Assembly (NCBI GenBank): GCA_029250605.1
Contig: JAQXEZ010000002.1
Location: 22,775 to 86,774, forward strand
Source: Candidatus Thalassarchaeaceae archaeon
GTDB taxonomy: Archaea; Thermoplasmatota; Poseidoniia; Poseidoniales; Thalassarchaeaceae
Reading direction: 5' to 3'
DNA: 64,000 bases
Within the stretch, counting starts at the first letter, position 1; each line of letters begins with the position of its first letter. Under the pieces are notes generated by a model. The model was not told where the DNA came from. It did no database searches and saw nothing but the letters and a program-made list of their open reading frames with translations. Of the stretch, positions 63,098 through 64,000 are shown one piece after another. The position numbers and the translations under genes were made by a program.

Positions 63098-64000
63098 TCA
63101 CTCGAGCCTTCTATGCGGTTGTTCCTTGGCAATGTACTTCGGGCGGTATATCGGAACCCCCCTTCCGTCTCGTGCGTTCCTCTCATCCAGAATCTGCGCA
63201 CAAATTCCTGCCACTCGAGCCCATCCGAAGAACGTGGTATAGTAGTGCGGCTTTCGGAATCCAATCGCATGCAATAGGCTCCCACTGGCCAAATCTACAT
63301 TCGGGAATGGGTTCTTGATCTTTGGATGCTCCTTCAGAATCGGGGGGACTACCTCCCTCAGGGCCTTAGCGATCTTGTAGTACTCGTCATCTGGGCAGAC
63401 CTCTGAGCCAAGTTCGATCAGGAGTCTGGCTCTTGGGTCCTCGGCCCTGAGCACTCCGTGACCGAAGCCGTAAATCGGCCTCTTCGCTGCTAGCTCTGCC
63501 CTTACAAACTTCTCAATCTCATCTGGATCTGAGGTGCCTATCCTCTGTACGAACTCCAGACAAGCCTGGTTCGCCCTGCCATGGAGTGGACCGGATAGTG
63601 CGTTCATTGCACTCGCCAGAGATGCATACACCGATGCCTTTCCAGAAGCGACTGCCTTTCCAGAGAATGTGGAAAGGTTGCCGCCACCGTGATCCATATG
63701 GAGGATGAAGAAGAATCTGAGGGCCCTGTTCATCATCTCGGCTTCCTCGCCGTCTACCCCCAGCATGTGGACGAAGTTCTCGACTAGGCCCAATTCGGTG
63801 TTCCTAGGGCGTAGCTTCTCCGGATGCCCACCTCGGAGGAGGAAGATTCTGGCCATCAACTCTGGAGTCCTGGCAATGAGGTTCATCGAGTCGACCCTGA
63901 CGTCACCAGTGGTCTCGGCGGCACCCATAGCCATGATTCCGATGGAAAGCCAGTCCATCGGGTGGCCGCTGCCAGGAGTTAGGTTCTCAAGGACCCTTAA
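63098..64000 (-). CDS. gltA: Citrate synthase (5' end beyond the window)
   Basis: HMDHGGGNLST, GPLHGRAN, GFGH.V, DPR, PNVD; frame open to the window edge. Confidence 0.93.
   Translation of the reverse strand, partial: LRVLENLTPGSGHPMDWLSIGIMAMGAAETTGDVRVDSMNLIARTPELMARIFLLRGGHPEKLRPRNTELGLVENFVHMLGVDGEEAEMMNRALRFFFILHMDHGGGNLSTFSGKAVASGKASVYASLASAMNALSGPLHGRANQACLEFVQRIGTSDPDEIEKFVRAELAAKRPIYGFGHGVLRAEDPRARLLIELGSEVCPDDEYYKIAKALREVVPPILKEHPKIKNPFPNVDLASGSLLHAIGFRKPHYYTTFFGWARVAGICAQILDERNARDGRGVPIYRPKYIAKEQPHRRLE

Overview
Gene-dense core-chromosome window from a euryarchaeon. Archaeal information genes (aIF2 alpha/gamma, Nop10, Csl4, NMD3, Dph2, Cdc6, eL/eS ribosomal proteins) sit beside bacterial-type gyrBA, class II HMG-CoA reductase, ETF, sufCBD and giant membrane-anchored S8/PKD proteins. 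This mix is typical of Marine Group II (Ca. Poseidoniales); the taxonomy is inferred from gene content only. The window holds about 60 CDS and one tRNA-Ser(GCT); I saw no CRISPR, integrase or transposase. Most notable: (1) an intergenic array of roughly helically phased TTAACG/TCACGCAT boxes flanking an AT-rich spacer (58489-58662), directly upstream of a degenerate AAA+/acidic-linker/winged-helix gene and about 4.3 kb from a cdc6 with no obvious ORB, which is a candidate non-canonical origin or centromere-like locus; (2) an exosome Csl4 fused to a CxxC-x17-CxxC zinc finger, an RRM and Arg/Gly-rich segments; (3) a circularly permuted glycerophosphodiesterase; (4) a ccmA-ccmB fusion, ccmC and an unannotated ccmD-like micro-ORF; (5) an unannotated 46-aa, 8-Cys microprotein after sufCBD. 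All family calls are from motif recognition by eye, not database searches.
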